Positions 36,650-46,774 of a stretch of DNA of 64,000 nt are shown piece after piece (position 1 is the first letter of the stretch; every line of letters begins with the position of its first letter). The notes under the pieces are model-generated. The model saw nothing but the letters and a program-made list of their open reading frames with translations. It did no database searches and was not told where the DNA came from. The DNA is from Candidatus Undinarchaeota archaeon (lineage in GTDB: Archaea; SpSt-1190; JASMDC01): assembly GCA_964519305.1 (NCBI GenBank), contig CAZFHY010000011.1:1-64000 (forward strand). Reading direction: 5' to 3'. A program made the translations under genes and the position numbers.

Positions 36650-38815
36650 ATGCGCGTACGTCTCCTTACGATGTTAGTTGTTATCGCCTTGGTCCTCACC
36701 AGTGCTCCGGAGGACCTGAGCGACGGCTCGACAGAAGGGGTGGAGGGAGATCGGATCGTACCATATGCATCCGAAGAACAGGCTTCCGATGCACCCTCGA
36801 CCCGCGTTGACAATTCCGAGAACTCGCTCAAGAAGCGTATACTAAGAACGGCCCTGATTATCAGAACGGTGGATGACAGCATCGAACGCACAGAACTGTC
36901 CACCACCATGAAAGGGATTACTGAGCTCTTGATACTCAACGACATTGATGGCGCTCGTGAACTCCAGACGGAAATCGAGGGGCGGGCAGAAGTGGTGCTG
37001 AGGGAGCAGCGCCGACAGCGGGCGGAGGCGGACATCAGGGAATTAGAGTTGATAGCCGCAACCTTGGAGGATGGTATGCGGAAAACCGCGCTTGAGAAGA
37101 CCTTAACTTCAGCACGCGAGCTCAAGGATAAGGGCGTCAGCGCAGAGACGATCCGAAATAGGATCGATAATGACGCCGCCACACTGCTCGCAGACCGACA
37201 GATAATAAGGGCAGGGGCGCTCCTCGATCAGGTGAAGGCCGACATAGTCAGGATGCGTGAGGGGGATGCCACGCTCCATAGCATGGCCGCTCGTCATGGG
37301 AAGATGATAGGACAAGCCGAGCGCGAACTGGAGAATGGGATGCCCGACAATGCGCTCCACCTTCTTGAACGCGTGACCATGGAACAGCAGGATGCCCTAC
37401 GTGCAACGCCTCTCGTCGGCGAGGTTGTCGGCATGGAGGAGTTCCCCGTGCTAGGTACTCAGGGTCAGGCACCTGGATCCGTTCTCCCTGAGGAAGAGGA
37501 CGGTACTATACCGACCGCGGAACCCGAGCGCCTCTCTGCGGGTAATCGACAACCACGGGCCGTCATCGAGCAGAAGAAGGGGGAAGTGCGTGAGCGAATC
37601 GCAGTCCTTATGGCCAGATTGACCATCGCTAGCAACAAGGAGCGCTTAATTGAGCAACGCCTGACCATGGCACCACCTGAGAAACGGCAGGTATTGCTTA
37701 GACGTTTGGCGATCATGAGGGAGCGGAAACGTAGCATCTCCGCTATAGTCCGATCAGGTAACCTCGATAAGGTCGAAGCTCTTGCCGAGGAGATTGAGCG
37801 TGACCTAGCACTCCTTGAAGAGCGGATGCCACAAATATCCGCAGTGAAGAGCGAAGTTAAACGAATACGACCGAAGAAGATCCTCCGACAGGACCGCGAG
37901 CGTGTACGCGAACTGATATCCAATATCCGGCTACGTGAGCTCGATGAACTCGTAGATAATATGCCTGTTGACGACGCGGAAGACAAGGATCAGGAACTAG
38001 AACTCCTCCTCGCGCTCAATCCCACCGACGATGAGATTGCGAATGAACTCGCAATCAGTGATGGGCTCGAGGCAAAGGTCGATATCGTACTCTCCGGTCA
38101 GGTTGTTACGCTCGAGGGTGCCGATGGTATGGGATCCGTTGAGAAGAGCGTCTTCACGATGAGCGTTAGCGCCACAGAGGCGGTGGTGGATGTTCGCATA
38201 GTCAAGATTATCCCCAAGGACATAGCCGTGAACGTAGCTAACCTCACCTTTTCTGCGGAACCAGATGTGGTCGAGCGCGATCCAATCGTGCTCTGGGACC
38301 TAGGTGGCCTTGATGCTGGCGAGGAAGTGGAGCTAGTTTTTACTGCTGAAGGTGCGGGGGAGCCAACATCAGTGGGGGCGATTGAGATCCTTGTGCTCAA
38401 GAGCCCCGCGTACGCGAGCCCTCATTTGGAGGCGCCCGTTGAGGTAGAGGCGAGCGAGGATATAGTTGAGCAGATAGCCAAGACCGTGGCAGTCGTCACG
38501 GAAGAACCTCCGCCTGTCCGGACCGCCGAGTTTATCGGTCCCGGGCTTTCGATGGGCGTCCCGCTCCAAGATGAACCGGGTTTTTTCATACTAATAATGG
38601 TCCTTGTACTAGTGACCGCATTCCTCGTCGGCGTGGTGTTCAAAGCGGACATGGTGTTCACAGCGCCACGACCGCCAACACCTCCCGCACCAGGGACCGT
38701 CTGGGACGCACAATTGGTGAAGAGCGCAGAATGGGACCTCCTACCACGGTCAGTCAAGGGCTACAAATCAGATCCCTTGTACCCGGGGCGATATCGGGAG
38801 CAGAACAAGGATTAG
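36650..38815 (+). CDS. Surface protein: signal peptide, long coiled coil, beta domain, C-terminal TM
   Basis: MRVRLLTMLVVIALVLT; heptad-rich middle; IPKDIA...DPIVLWDL beta domain; TM FFILIMVLVLVTAFLVGVVF. Confidence 0.8.
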   Translation: MRVRLLTMLVVIALVLTSAPEDLSDGSTEGVEGDRIVPYASEEQASDAPSTRVDNSENSLKKRILRTALIIRTVDDSIERTELSTTMKGITELLILNDIDGARELQTEIEGRAEVVLREQRRQRAEADIRELELIAATLEDGMRKTALEKTLTSARELKDKGVSAETIRNRIDNDAATLLADRQIIRAGALLDQVKADIVRMREGDATLHSMAARHGKMIGQAERELENGMPDNALHLLERVTMEQQDALRATPLVGEVVGMEEFPVLGTQGQAPGSVLPEEEDGTIPTAEPERLSAGNRQPRAVIEQKKGEVRERIAVLMARLTIASNKERLIEQRLTMAPPEKRQVLLRRLAIMRERKRSISAIVRSGNLDKVEALAEEIERDLALLEERMPQISAVKSEVKRIRPKKILRQDRERVRELISNIRLRELDELVDNMPVDDAEDKDQELELLLALNPTDDEIANELAISDGLEAKVDIVLSGQVVTLEGADGMGSVEKSVFTMSVSATEAVVDVRIVKIIPKDIAVNVANLTFSAEPDVVERDPIVLWDLGGLDAGEEVELVFTAEGAGEPTSVGAIEILVLKSPAYASPHLEAPVEVEASEDIVEQIAKTVAVVTEEPPPVRTAEFIGPGLSMGVPLQDEPGFFILIMVLVLVTAFLVGVVFKADMVFTAPRPPTPPAPGTVWDAQLVKSAEWDLLPRSVKGYKSDPLYPGRYREQNKD

Positions 38816-38976
38816 CGACCAAGCACCAGGAAGGCCACTGCCAGCAGCACCCCTAGTACGATGATGAGGTTTATCGTTAGGCTTCCAGCGTAGGCAGTGA
38901 GGGCTACGGTCTCGGGATCGTGATCACGAAGGCGTTGCATGTACGCATCGATCATGCCTCTGATCCCGGCCGCCAT
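38812..38976 (-). CDS. 54-aa small membrane protein (below the ORF-track cutoff)
   Basis: MAAGIRGMIDAYMQRLRDHDPETVALTAYAGSLTINLIIVLGVLLAVAFLVLGR*; ATAAA about 25 nt upstream. Confidence 0.6.
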   Translation of the reverse strand: MAAGIRGMIDAYMQRLRDHDPETVALTAYAGSLTINLIIVLGVLLAVAFLVLGR

Positions 38977-39028
38977 GGACAAATGATCGGCAGATAGACA
39001 TTTATCTCATGAGGGATGATTACACCGG

Positions 39029-39262
39029 ATGGGATTAATCGAGACCCTCCGGCCTCTGCTCGTTAAATTGGAGAATAAAGTCTATCCGCTTTTCTTCCTT
39101 CTGGGCATTCTTCTCATCAGCCTCTGCGGTATAGCCTATATCCCTGTCTTAGAGCTCAGGCTGCGCATCTTCGTGGACAGTCTCCTGTTCTTCATCAGCC
39201 TGTTCCTTCTATGGTGCATGGGCGAGGTACTCCTCACAGTGATACGGGAGTTCGAGATGTGA
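39029..39262 (+). CDS. 77-aa two-TM membrane protein
   Basis: Two hydrophobic helices; TTTATC 28 nt upstream. Confidence 0.65.
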   Translation: MGLIETLRPLLVKLENKVYPLFFLLGILLISLCGIAYIPVLELRLRIFVDSLLFFISLFLLWCMGEVLLTVIREFEM

Positions 39263-39272
39263 GTGTGAACCC

Positions 39273-40958
39273 TTAGTCCTCGCTCTTCTGCTCCGGCGCG
39301 TCACGTTTGAGCAGCCATGCAAGCGTGTTGCGTAGGAGGATGCGGCTGTCGGGCTCGTCACGCGAGATCCCATTGGCATCACCGAACAGAACAGCACGAC
39401 CTTTCTCCACGTCACGAGCGGCCATGACTACGATGTAACCCTTCTTCTCGTTCATGTCCGGTACGAAGTTGCTATCCTCGTCAGCGAAGCTGGTCTGGCT
39501 GGCGTAGAGCACGACGTCATCCGTTTCCTCCACGTCCAGAGAGCAACTCGCAGTGAGCCTGAGCTTGTTCACACCCTTTGCCACGGGGTGGCCTGTGTTG
39601 TGCACGAAGGGCATATAGGTGACGTTATCGCCTTCATAGTCACATACGAGATCGGGATTGAACCGTGTTCCGAGCTTGAACGCGATCTTGTTGAGGTTCG
39701 AGTTGTCAGCGCCCCCCGCCCCAACCAGGAACAGACCCGCCCCGGCACGCACGCGAGCTAGCACGTTCTCAAGCGCCTCACGCCCGGGAGTCTTATCGGG
39801 TGACACCACGACCAGAAGTCCACCATCGAACTCTTCCATGCTCTCAAGGTCCTTTGGTTTGAGGGAAAGGTCATCTAGAGCGTTGGTAAGGGCGCTCTTC
39901 ACCGCTTCGTCAAGAGAGTCGAGTCCAAGGACGTTTATCGAGCCACTGCTTCCCGGTTCGCCCGCGAGGTCGGCTGAGCAGTAGGGGCATACCTTCCAAT
40001 CAGCGTTAATCGCCTTCTCGCACTCGGGGCAGTTGAACTCCCCCATGAGGATGGCACGCTTGACCTCTTCTTTCTTGGCGGTACGTTCCTTCGTCTTCGT
40101 TGGCTCTGGCGCCTCTTCCTTGGGCTCTTCCTCCTCTTCAGGTTCTTCGGGCTCTTCCTCCTCCTCTTCCTCCTCTTCCTCCTTTTCGGACGAAGCACGT
40201 CGTCCGTGTAGGACTACTAGGAGAAGCGCTACTAGCAATAGGAGGGAACCGCCCACGTAAAGCTCATACCCAGCAGGGATTCCGGGGATGAGGGCGGGGG
40301 CCGTAGTTACGGCGGGCTTGCTGCACACATTATCCGTGCATTCGAGTCCCTCGCCACAATCATCGGTCTTACTGCAACAGTCCTCGCTCTGACCGCAACA
40401 GATGCTTCCGCCACCGGTCACATTTACACAGAAGCCGGAGATGCACTGCGCGGCACCGGTGCACGCAGCACCATCTGCAAGGGCCTCGACCGGCTTATTT
40501 ACGCACCGAGAGCCGCTGCACATCTCACCATTGGCGCAGTGCTCGTCCTTTGTGCAGCATGTACGCGTCGTTGAGCAGCATACGTCGTTCTGACAGTGCT
40601 CGCCCTCAAGACAACCGCAGTCAGCGCAACAAACGGTTGCGTTCTCCCCGCGGTCACAGTGGCCATCGCCGCAGACCACACGGTAGCATCCTTGTGCTGA
40701 AGCGCCGCCACGGGCTGTCTTGCACACCTCGCTATCACCACAAGCACAGTCATTAGGAGAACTGAGGCAGGTCTCCCCTAATGTCTTCGTGCATTCCGTG
40801 TCGCCGATGCACTCGCTTGAATTGAGCATATGACAGTCGGCGCGACAACTGGCGCACTCATTATTAGCAACGTCGCACACACGGTCGCCGCACGTGGCCC
40901 CAAGGGCCAGCGGGAGCAAGAGGGCTATTATTGTCAGGAACAGCACGGAGGTTCTCAT
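39273..40958 (-). CDS. Single-pass protein: Cys-rich ectodomain, TM, acidic linker, zinc ribbon, GIFT/GATase-like domain
   Basis: Signal peptide; CGDxxC repeats; TM; poly-Glu; CPEC-x10-CPYC; G.GLFLVG...NLN.IA..LG..FN.D and GRAVLFGD. Confidence 0.8.
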   Translation of the reverse strand: MRTSVLFLTIIALLLPLALGATCGDRVCDVANNECASCRADCHMLNSSECIGDTECTKTLGETCLSSPNDCACGDSEVCKTARGGASAQGCYRVVCGDGHCDRGENATVCCADCGCLEGEHCQNDVCCSTTRTCCTKDEHCANGEMCSGSRCVNKPVEALADGAACTGAAQCISGFCVNVTGGGSICCGQSEDCCSKTDDCGEGLECTDNVCSKPAVTTAPALIPGIPAGYELYVGGSLLLLVALLLVVLHGRRASSEKEEEEEEEEEEPEEPEEEEEPKEEAPEPTKTKERTAKKEEVKRAILMGEFNCPECEKAINADWKVCPYCSADLAGEPGSSGSINVLGLDSLDEAVKSALTNALDDLSLKPKDLESMEEFDGGLLVVVSPDKTPGREALENVLARVRAGAGLFLVGAGGADNSNLNKIAFKLGTRFNPDLVCDYEGDNVTYMPFVHNTGHPVAKGVNKLRLTASCSLDVEETDDVVLYASQTSFADEDSNFVPDMNEKKGYIVVMAARDVEKGRAVLFGDANGISRDEPDSRILLRNTLAWLLKRDAPEQKSED

Positions 40959-41024
40959 GGTACAGACCTTCCGCTGAACCTCGGCCCCTTATACTTCTTA
41001 TGTCTTTAGTCCGCACGCGGGAGC

Positions 41025-43652
41025 TCACGGTTCACACACACACATGCATGAGGGCAAGATCGTACAAGCATCGGGAACAATCTCGATATCGCATCCAGAC
41101 TCACATTTGCATTCGTAGGAGACCGTACACCCGGACCCGACGAGCGTTACGCTCCCTTGCTGTTTGAGGGGTAGGGTCCCGATACGAGCCCGTAGTGAAA
41201 GGTCGATCTCATTGCTGAGCACTTCACCGTCAGGGCCGTGGAATGCAGCTCGTAGGCGATATCGCCCTTCACTTGTTGGGGTGAACTCCTCGATCACCTC
41301 TATGGTCCGGCCGGTACCCGGGGGCAGCACGAGACGTTCATTCAGCTCCTCTAATGATTCACCTTCTGGGTCCGTGAGATTGGTCTCGACCGCTACATCA
41401 ATCGAGGTCCGACCCGGGTTCCTGATCTCGATAATGGCGCGTGAGGGAATGCCGAGCGGCGTGTGAAGAGAGAAGTGACCATTCTGGATAAACCGTGCTA
41501 CGGCCGTGACAGCGGTACCAGTTACCGTTGCCTGGTGCTCTACGAGGTGTCCAAGGTCGACCTGCTCCTCGCCGGACCCGTCCGGTTCGGCCATCGTGAC
41601 GCTAATGTCCAGCGAATGCCGCAAAGAGTAAAGAGGGACGTGGAAAGGTTCGGACTCGAGGATGATCGTTCGCTCCACCTGCCTATCTAACACAGTGCGC
41701 ACGAGCGTTTCCCCTTCCGTAAGGTCGTCGACGGCGACGGTAATCAGTTTACGCGCAAGGTCACCGAGGTTGTGGACCTTCACAACGGCCCGCGCTTCCT
41801 CGCCCACACGGACGAGAGCCGCAGGTCTGTCGGTCATGACATATGCCTGTGTCACTATGACACCGGTGGAGACTGCCACCGTACCCTTGTCCGACGACAC
41901 CGCCTCTCCGTCCTCGTCTCGAAGGACGAGACGGACATGAATCCGTCCCGAACTACGCTCCCCCTCGCTGGGTTTATACTCACACAACACAATGTCACGC
42001 ACGTCAGTCAGGGCGGACACATCATAAGGAGCTTCAAGGCATGCACCCTCGATATCCTCCAGTGAAAGGGTGCCGGAGAACGCAGTTAGCCCTTGGTTCT
42101 GGATCCGTGCACCAATCATGACCGTTGCATCATTGTCGATGGCGACCACCTCAGCTCTGTTGGATGTGAGGCTCAGAGTGACAGAGATCGTGCCTGATCT
42201 AAGTGGTATCTCGCTAAAGGGACAGAGGCAGCACGCACCGTCTCCCGACGAGCATGCACCGATGGCCGGGCATCCCTGTTCTCGGCACGTTAAGGCGAGG
42301 ACGCTGTCCTGGTCATTTGCCATCATCTCCGCAGCAACGGACCTACCTGCGTGAAGGGACATCCCCGCGGTCGTGTAATCGAGGCATCCGGGAGTTCTCA
42401 GGAAAACGCAGCGATCATCCCCGTCACAGCCCATGCGTCCGGGCAGGTGCTCGTGGAGCAGACCTAACTGCTCGACCATGAGGTACTTGTCCTCGGCCTT
42501 CCATATCTGGTCAAGGTCGAAGTTATCGTCATCCACCGGTAATCCGGGCTCCACAGCGAATACGACGTCGCGGTCCGTCGGAAGGGCAGGGCAGTCACCC
42601 GCCGGGGTCACGAACACGTTCGAGTGTGTGCCCCATGCTGCGATGTTCAGATCACCCCAGAATCCTTGGTGGCCAGCGCTCGCGGGCATTCCACCCATCA
42701 TCAGGATGGCTTGGGTGATGTTCCGCTGGAACGCGTCCACAACATCATCCTCGCTGTACGGGGAAAGGAGACCCCGCACCTCCTTTACAAGACGGTCCTG
42801 GTTCCTGACGCTCGCTGCGCTGACTGCACCCACCTCAAGACCCCCACGCACATCGGACCCCCACGCCTCGAGCCGCTGGATGACTTGGCCGAGGTCCGCT
42901 ACATAAGCATCGATGAATTCCTCTAAGGCAATGAGCCCGTCACGCACCGCACACGGCGAAGCGGTCCCATGGACGAATCCGGATTCCTTTGATCCGTCCA
43001 CCTTGCACATATCTATTGTGTGCGCCAGGTCAACAGCGCACAAGGCCTCATTATCCCGGTCTATGAAACCCCGGTCCTGGTTCTCAGGAATACCGTCACC
43101 GTTAGTGTCCATACAACCGGTATAGGTACGACATACACCACAACTGTTGAACCGGGCGGAATCCGCGGGTGATGTCGGTTCAAGGGACGGATTGGTCGAT
43201 AGGGGGCTGTAGGCGCATGTGGCCTGTGCGTGGTCGAAGCACACGGTGGGCTCGCAGACGGAATTTGTCAGGAAGTCGTCAATCGAGTCGAAGCAGGTGA
43301 TCGCCGGATTCAGTCCACCATCGGGACCGGCAGTGTAATCTAGGCAGGGACCATAGGCCGTCTTCGCGTCATCGTACAACGCGTGACAGTGCTGACATGT
43401 CTGGTCCAGGGTAGCTCGAACACCGGACACATATCCCTTGAGCCGCCCGAGGAAGGCCGTTCTGGATATGAAGAACGTGCGATGGACGTCCAGATAGCGG
43501 TCATAGGTGTCGGTCTTAACTACAGGGCAAACGGGGGGTACGAGCTCGGTGTCGATAGGATTAGCGAAGTCGGCACCGTCACGTACAAGTGCCGCGCCAA
43601 AGGCAAGAGAAATACACATAATTGCTACCAGGAGCCGGATACGCACTTTCAC
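41025..43652 (-). CDS. 875-aa secreted Cys-rich protein with CARDB/Ig-like domains
   Basis: Signal peptide; Cys-rich N-half; I.N.G-type beta-sandwich repeats; terminal C.C...C...C.C motif. Confidence 0.8.
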   Translation of the reverse strand: MKVRIRLLVAIMCISLAFGAALVRDGADFANPIDTELVPPVCPVVKTDTYDRYLDVHRTFFISRTAFLGRLKGYVSGVRATLDQTCQHCHALYDDAKTAYGPCLDYTAGPDGGLNPAITCFDSIDDFLTNSVCEPTVCFDHAQATCAYSPLSTNPSLEPTSPADSARFNSCGVCRTYTGCMDTNGDGIPENQDRGFIDRDNEALCAVDLAHTIDMCKVDGSKESGFVHGTASPCAVRDGLIALEEFIDAYVADLGQVIQRLEAWGSDVRGGLEVGAVSAASVRNQDRLVKEVRGLLSPYSEDDVVDAFQRNITQAILMMGGMPASAGHQGFWGDLNIAAWGTHSNVFVTPAGDCPALPTDRDVVFAVEPGLPVDDDNFDLDQIWKAEDKYLMVEQLGLLHEHLPGRMGCDGDDRCVFLRTPGCLDYTTAGMSLHAGRSVAAEMMANDQDSVLALTCREQGCPAIGACSSGDGACCLCPFSEIPLRSGTISVTLSLTSNRAEVVAIDNDATVMIGARIQNQGLTAFSGTLSLEDIEGACLEAPYDVSALTDVRDIVLCEYKPSEGERSSGRIHVRLVLRDEDGEAVSSDKGTVAVSTGVIVTQAYVMTDRPAALVRVGEEARAVVKVHNLGDLARKLITVAVDDLTEGETLVRTVLDRQVERTIILESEPFHVPLYSLRHSLDISVTMAEPDGSGEEQVDLGHLVEHQATVTGTAVTAVARFIQNGHFSLHTPLGIPSRAIIEIRNPGRTSIDVAVETNLTDPEGESLEELNERLVLPPGTGRTIEVIEEFTPTSEGRYRLRAAFHGPDGEVLSNEIDLSLRARIGTLPLKQQGSVTLVGSGCTVSYECKCESGCDIEIVPDACTILPSCMCVCEP

Positions 43653-43653
43653 C

Positions 43654-46425
43654 TCAGCATCCCCCCCGCATGCTCTTCCATCCGCCCGGATTCTCCTCGA
43701 CGGGAACCGCGGTCTGGTCCTTGAGTCCCGTGGAGTCGTGCACGACGTATACGTTCATGTGGGTGCCAGGGAGGGCCTGGGGCACACAAACATCCTGGAG
43801 CATTATGTGAAGCCCTTCGGGTGACGGTCTGATGTACGTTACCGGGACCTTATTACTTGGCTGTGGGCTGCGCAGGTACACGCTGAGCGTGTTCGGGGAG
43901 ACGTCGATGTTCGCCACATCGATAAGGACATCCATGTCGAAACCCCCTGCCGCCAAGGCATGGAACAGTGGCTCGCTCAGGTCGCCCGGTAGTACCTTGA
44001 CTATTCCAAGACGGCGCTCGGCCTCACGACCCACAACGAAGGCACCTCGGACGGCGACCGACGTCTTCTTGGGCATGAGGTGGTCTGCATGGAGCGTGAT
44101 ATCCACAGACCGACGGCCACTGATCGGCTCTTCGGGCATATCCAACCGCACCCTGAAGCTCCAGACGCCACGCTCGTGATCGAACCGTGATGTGAGTTCT
44201 GGTTTGAATCCGGGGACATCGATGGAGAACGCGTAAGCAGGGATGTCCCGGTGCTCTATCCCGTTCATATCTACGATCTTGGCAGTCACTTCGACCTCGC
44301 CCCCTCCAGCGGTCTCGAGGGCGTCCAATGAGAGATATCGAGGCGTCACACGAATCGGCTTGATGAGGAGGCGATTGTCGCCAGCGAACCAGACCGGGAA
44401 CGTCTGGGAGAGGATTACGGTCTGTCCGCGATGCGAGACGAAGAGACGCAGATCGTATACACCTGCCGACAAGCTCCCGGAGAACGTGAGCCCGTATGAG
44501 AGTCTGCCACCCCCCGCCCTTCCTTTCGGCGTCACTGTTGCGGGAAGCGGACCCAGATAGGCGTCCACCCTGACGACACCAGGATTGTCGACGGGGGCCC
44601 GCCTGCCCTCATTGTCAATCGTGTACACATGGAGGTCCGCCAGCACGTGAGCGAGGCCCGCGGTCAGTGACGCCTCGGTCACCGATCCTGCAACGTCAAG
44701 GATGCTTGCACCGAATTCGTACCGTATGCATCCTTCTGCGGTGCAGGCTTGACCGAACATGCATCGTTCTCGGGGACGGTCCTCGTCATCGAGACACACG
44801 CAGGATGAGCGCGAGCAGGTCTGCCCCCACTCGATACAGGGGAGCCGTTCATGGAACACCGAGATCGTGCAGGACCCACTCTCCCGGGTTACAGCGAAGG
44901 GGATTTCTTCACCCCGGCACCCGGACGTGTGGCACTGCTGCCCGGGAAGACACACGCCCACAATCTCGCCCCCGCGTGTGCAGACACAGTTGGGGCTCGA
45001 TTCGCGCCTCGATATACACCGCTGACCGACGGATATGCAGGGAAGTTCGATATCCTCGAAGGCAAGGCTTCCGCTCGGGCCACAGACGACGTCCACCTCC
45101 GATACCGTCGGATGCCACGGGGTGATGGACACGACCTCCGAGCGCGAACTGAGGAGGATCCCGCCGGAGTAGGACGAGATACGGACCACGTAATTGCCCG
45201 GTCTATAGGAGGGCTCGGTCCTGATCCGGGCCTGCCCACAGTCCCGAGAGTACTGACGGGCGAAGCTAACTCCTTCAGGCGACTCGAGCTCGATGATACA
45301 GTGATCGCCAGGGGCGCTGATAAGGACCTCGATGTCCTCACCGGCCATGACTGCGCTCTGTCGGGCACGCATCGCGACGGGCGCGGGCTCCTCACCTTTG
45401 AGTCGCACGAGCGTGAACAATCCGGTGGCTTGACCAACCGCGCCATCACCATAGAGGGTCACGGACAGTTCGTATACGCCGGCAGGCCAGTCAGTGGCGG
45501 TGCCCAACTCGATGATATGACAGGGCCGGAAATAGCGTTCCTGGTACACCCGTCCTTCGCGGACGATCCTCGCCGTGCAGCCCACTAGTTCGCCATTAGC
45601 GCTCACCTCGGCGCTGACAATCTGTCCGGGAAGGGTGTACGAACGGGTAGTTCTCACGGTGCCGGCGATATCGGCCTCGTCGAGCACGAGTTCGCGTTCA
45701 GCCACGGTGACTTCAGGAGTACCGGTGCCGAACTCAATTCTGTAGAACCTGAGTTGCACCTTATGTCGTGCTTCTGGGGGGATGATGAGATAGAGGTCGC
45801 GACACTCCATGGAGTGGACCGCGGCGAACAGCTTGTCCCCGTCCATGAGCTCAGCAGCACATGCCACCCCTTCGAGCATGGGCAACCGTACGGCGGTACC
45901 CGGAAGGCCTCGTGGTGACACCTCATTGAGCAGCTCCGTATGTTCTTCGACGTCGTTGATGCTCATGGTGAACTGGAACGAGATATCCTCTTCACCGAGC
46001 TCGGGGATACGCACACGACCTTCAGGGAGCACCGCAACGAAGGTCGGCCTGATCGTGTACGTGTGATCCTTGTACAAGGACGAGTATCGTACCGTGAAGT
46101 TCAATACGAGCGAATCCCCAGCATGGGATATCCCGCTCAGAAGGACCTCCTCCGCGGCCTTTGAACGCTGGATGGTGCAGTCCAACATGGCGCCCCCCGA
46201 GTTGCAGGTGATGCACTCGGTATCCCCTTCCTCGCCGGGACATAAGGGCAGGTCGAGATGTGCGCGGTCATCAGTGGTGAGCCCGCGCAGTTCCAGTGAA
46301 GCGGACGTGTCATCGGGTCGGTCGAGGTATAGGGTCTCAGTAGCCACGATGTCGCTCTCCGCGAGCATGAGGCATGGGAGAATGATCCCCAGTATGAACA
46401 GGGTCGTCAGTGACAGGGGCCTCAT
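43654..46425 (-). CDS. 923-aa secreted multi-Ig-like protein with duplicated Cys module
   Basis: Signal peptide; [PA]GxY beta repeats; two copies of LPCI..GQ.C...CVC...C..GQ.C...GC. Confidence 0.8.
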   Translation of the reverse strand: MRPLSLTTLFILGIILPCLMLAESDIVATETLYLDRPDDTSASLELRGLTTDDRAHLDLPLCPGEEGDTECITCNSGGAMLDCTIQRSKAAEEVLLSGISHAGDSLVLNFTVRYSSLYKDHTYTIRPTFVAVLPEGRVRIPELGEEDISFQFTMSINDVEEHTELLNEVSPRGLPGTAVRLPMLEGVACAAELMDGDKLFAAVHSMECRDLYLIIPPEARHKVQLRFYRIEFGTGTPEVTVAERELVLDEADIAGTVRTTRSYTLPGQIVSAEVSANGELVGCTARIVREGRVYQERYFRPCHIIELGTATDWPAGVYELSVTLYGDGAVGQATGLFTLVRLKGEEPAPVAMRARQSAVMAGEDIEVLISAPGDHCIIELESPEGVSFARQYSRDCGQARIRTEPSYRPGNYVVRISSYSGGILLSSRSEVVSITPWHPTVSEVDVVCGPSGSLAFEDIELPCISVGQRCISRRESSPNCVCTRGGEIVGVCLPGQQCHTSGCRGEEIPFAVTRESGSCTISVFHERLPCIEWGQTCSRSSCVCLDDEDRPRERCMFGQACTAEGCIRYEFGASILDVAGSVTEASLTAGLAHVLADLHVYTIDNEGRRAPVDNPGVVRVDAYLGPLPATVTPKGRAGGGRLSYGLTFSGSLSAGVYDLRLFVSHRGQTVILSQTFPVWFAGDNRLLIKPIRVTPRYLSLDALETAGGGEVEVTAKIVDMNGIEHRDIPAYAFSIDVPGFKPELTSRFDHERGVWSFRVRLDMPEEPISGRRSVDITLHADHLMPKKTSVAVRGAFVVGREAERRLGIVKVLPGDLSEPLFHALAAGGFDMDVLIDVANIDVSPNTLSVYLRSPQPSNKVPVTYIRPSPEGLHIMLQDVCVPQALPGTHMNVYVVHDSTGLKDQTAVPVEENPGGWKSMRGGC

Positions 46426-46691
46426 GGGCAGTCCCCCGTTTCATCAGCGTTCACGAGCTGACCCCGGGAGTCAGTTAGATAGCTCATGGACACCATATCG
46501 AACTCCGCGGACGTGTCCTCGGTGAGATCCACCACCACACCATGAGGCCTTACCCTCCATCCAGGGCGGCCATCCTCCTCATCCCGTGATGGATACAGGT
46601 AGACGAGGTAACGACCGGGCTCCACGTCACCGATCTCGAACTTACCAGTGTGGTCAACCACCCGCTTGATGGGTCGACCCCCCTCGCGCAA
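46422..46691 (-). CDS. Carboxypeptidase-regulatory-like beta domain protein, possibly 5'-truncated
   Basis: VDHTGKFEIGDVEPGRYLV; stop overlaps the next ATG; frame open to about 46784 with no ATG or signal peptide. Confidence 0.55.
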   Translation of the reverse strand: MREGGRPIKRVVDHTGKFEIGDVEPGRYLVYLYPSRDEEDGRPGWRVRPHGVVVDLTEDTSAEFDMVSMSYLTDSRGQLVNADETGDCP

Positions 46692-46774
46692 AGGGAAAAG
46701 AACGGCCGTTATGTAACGTGGGGGATTGCCGGTAACGTGGCGGAGGGCGGTGGTGCCGACCTCCGCGAAGACTT

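Noticed and set aside
40120-40190. Pyrimidine-rich TCC/TCT tract as a microsatellite or regulatory element
   Set aside because: It encodes the poly-Glu linker on the - strand.
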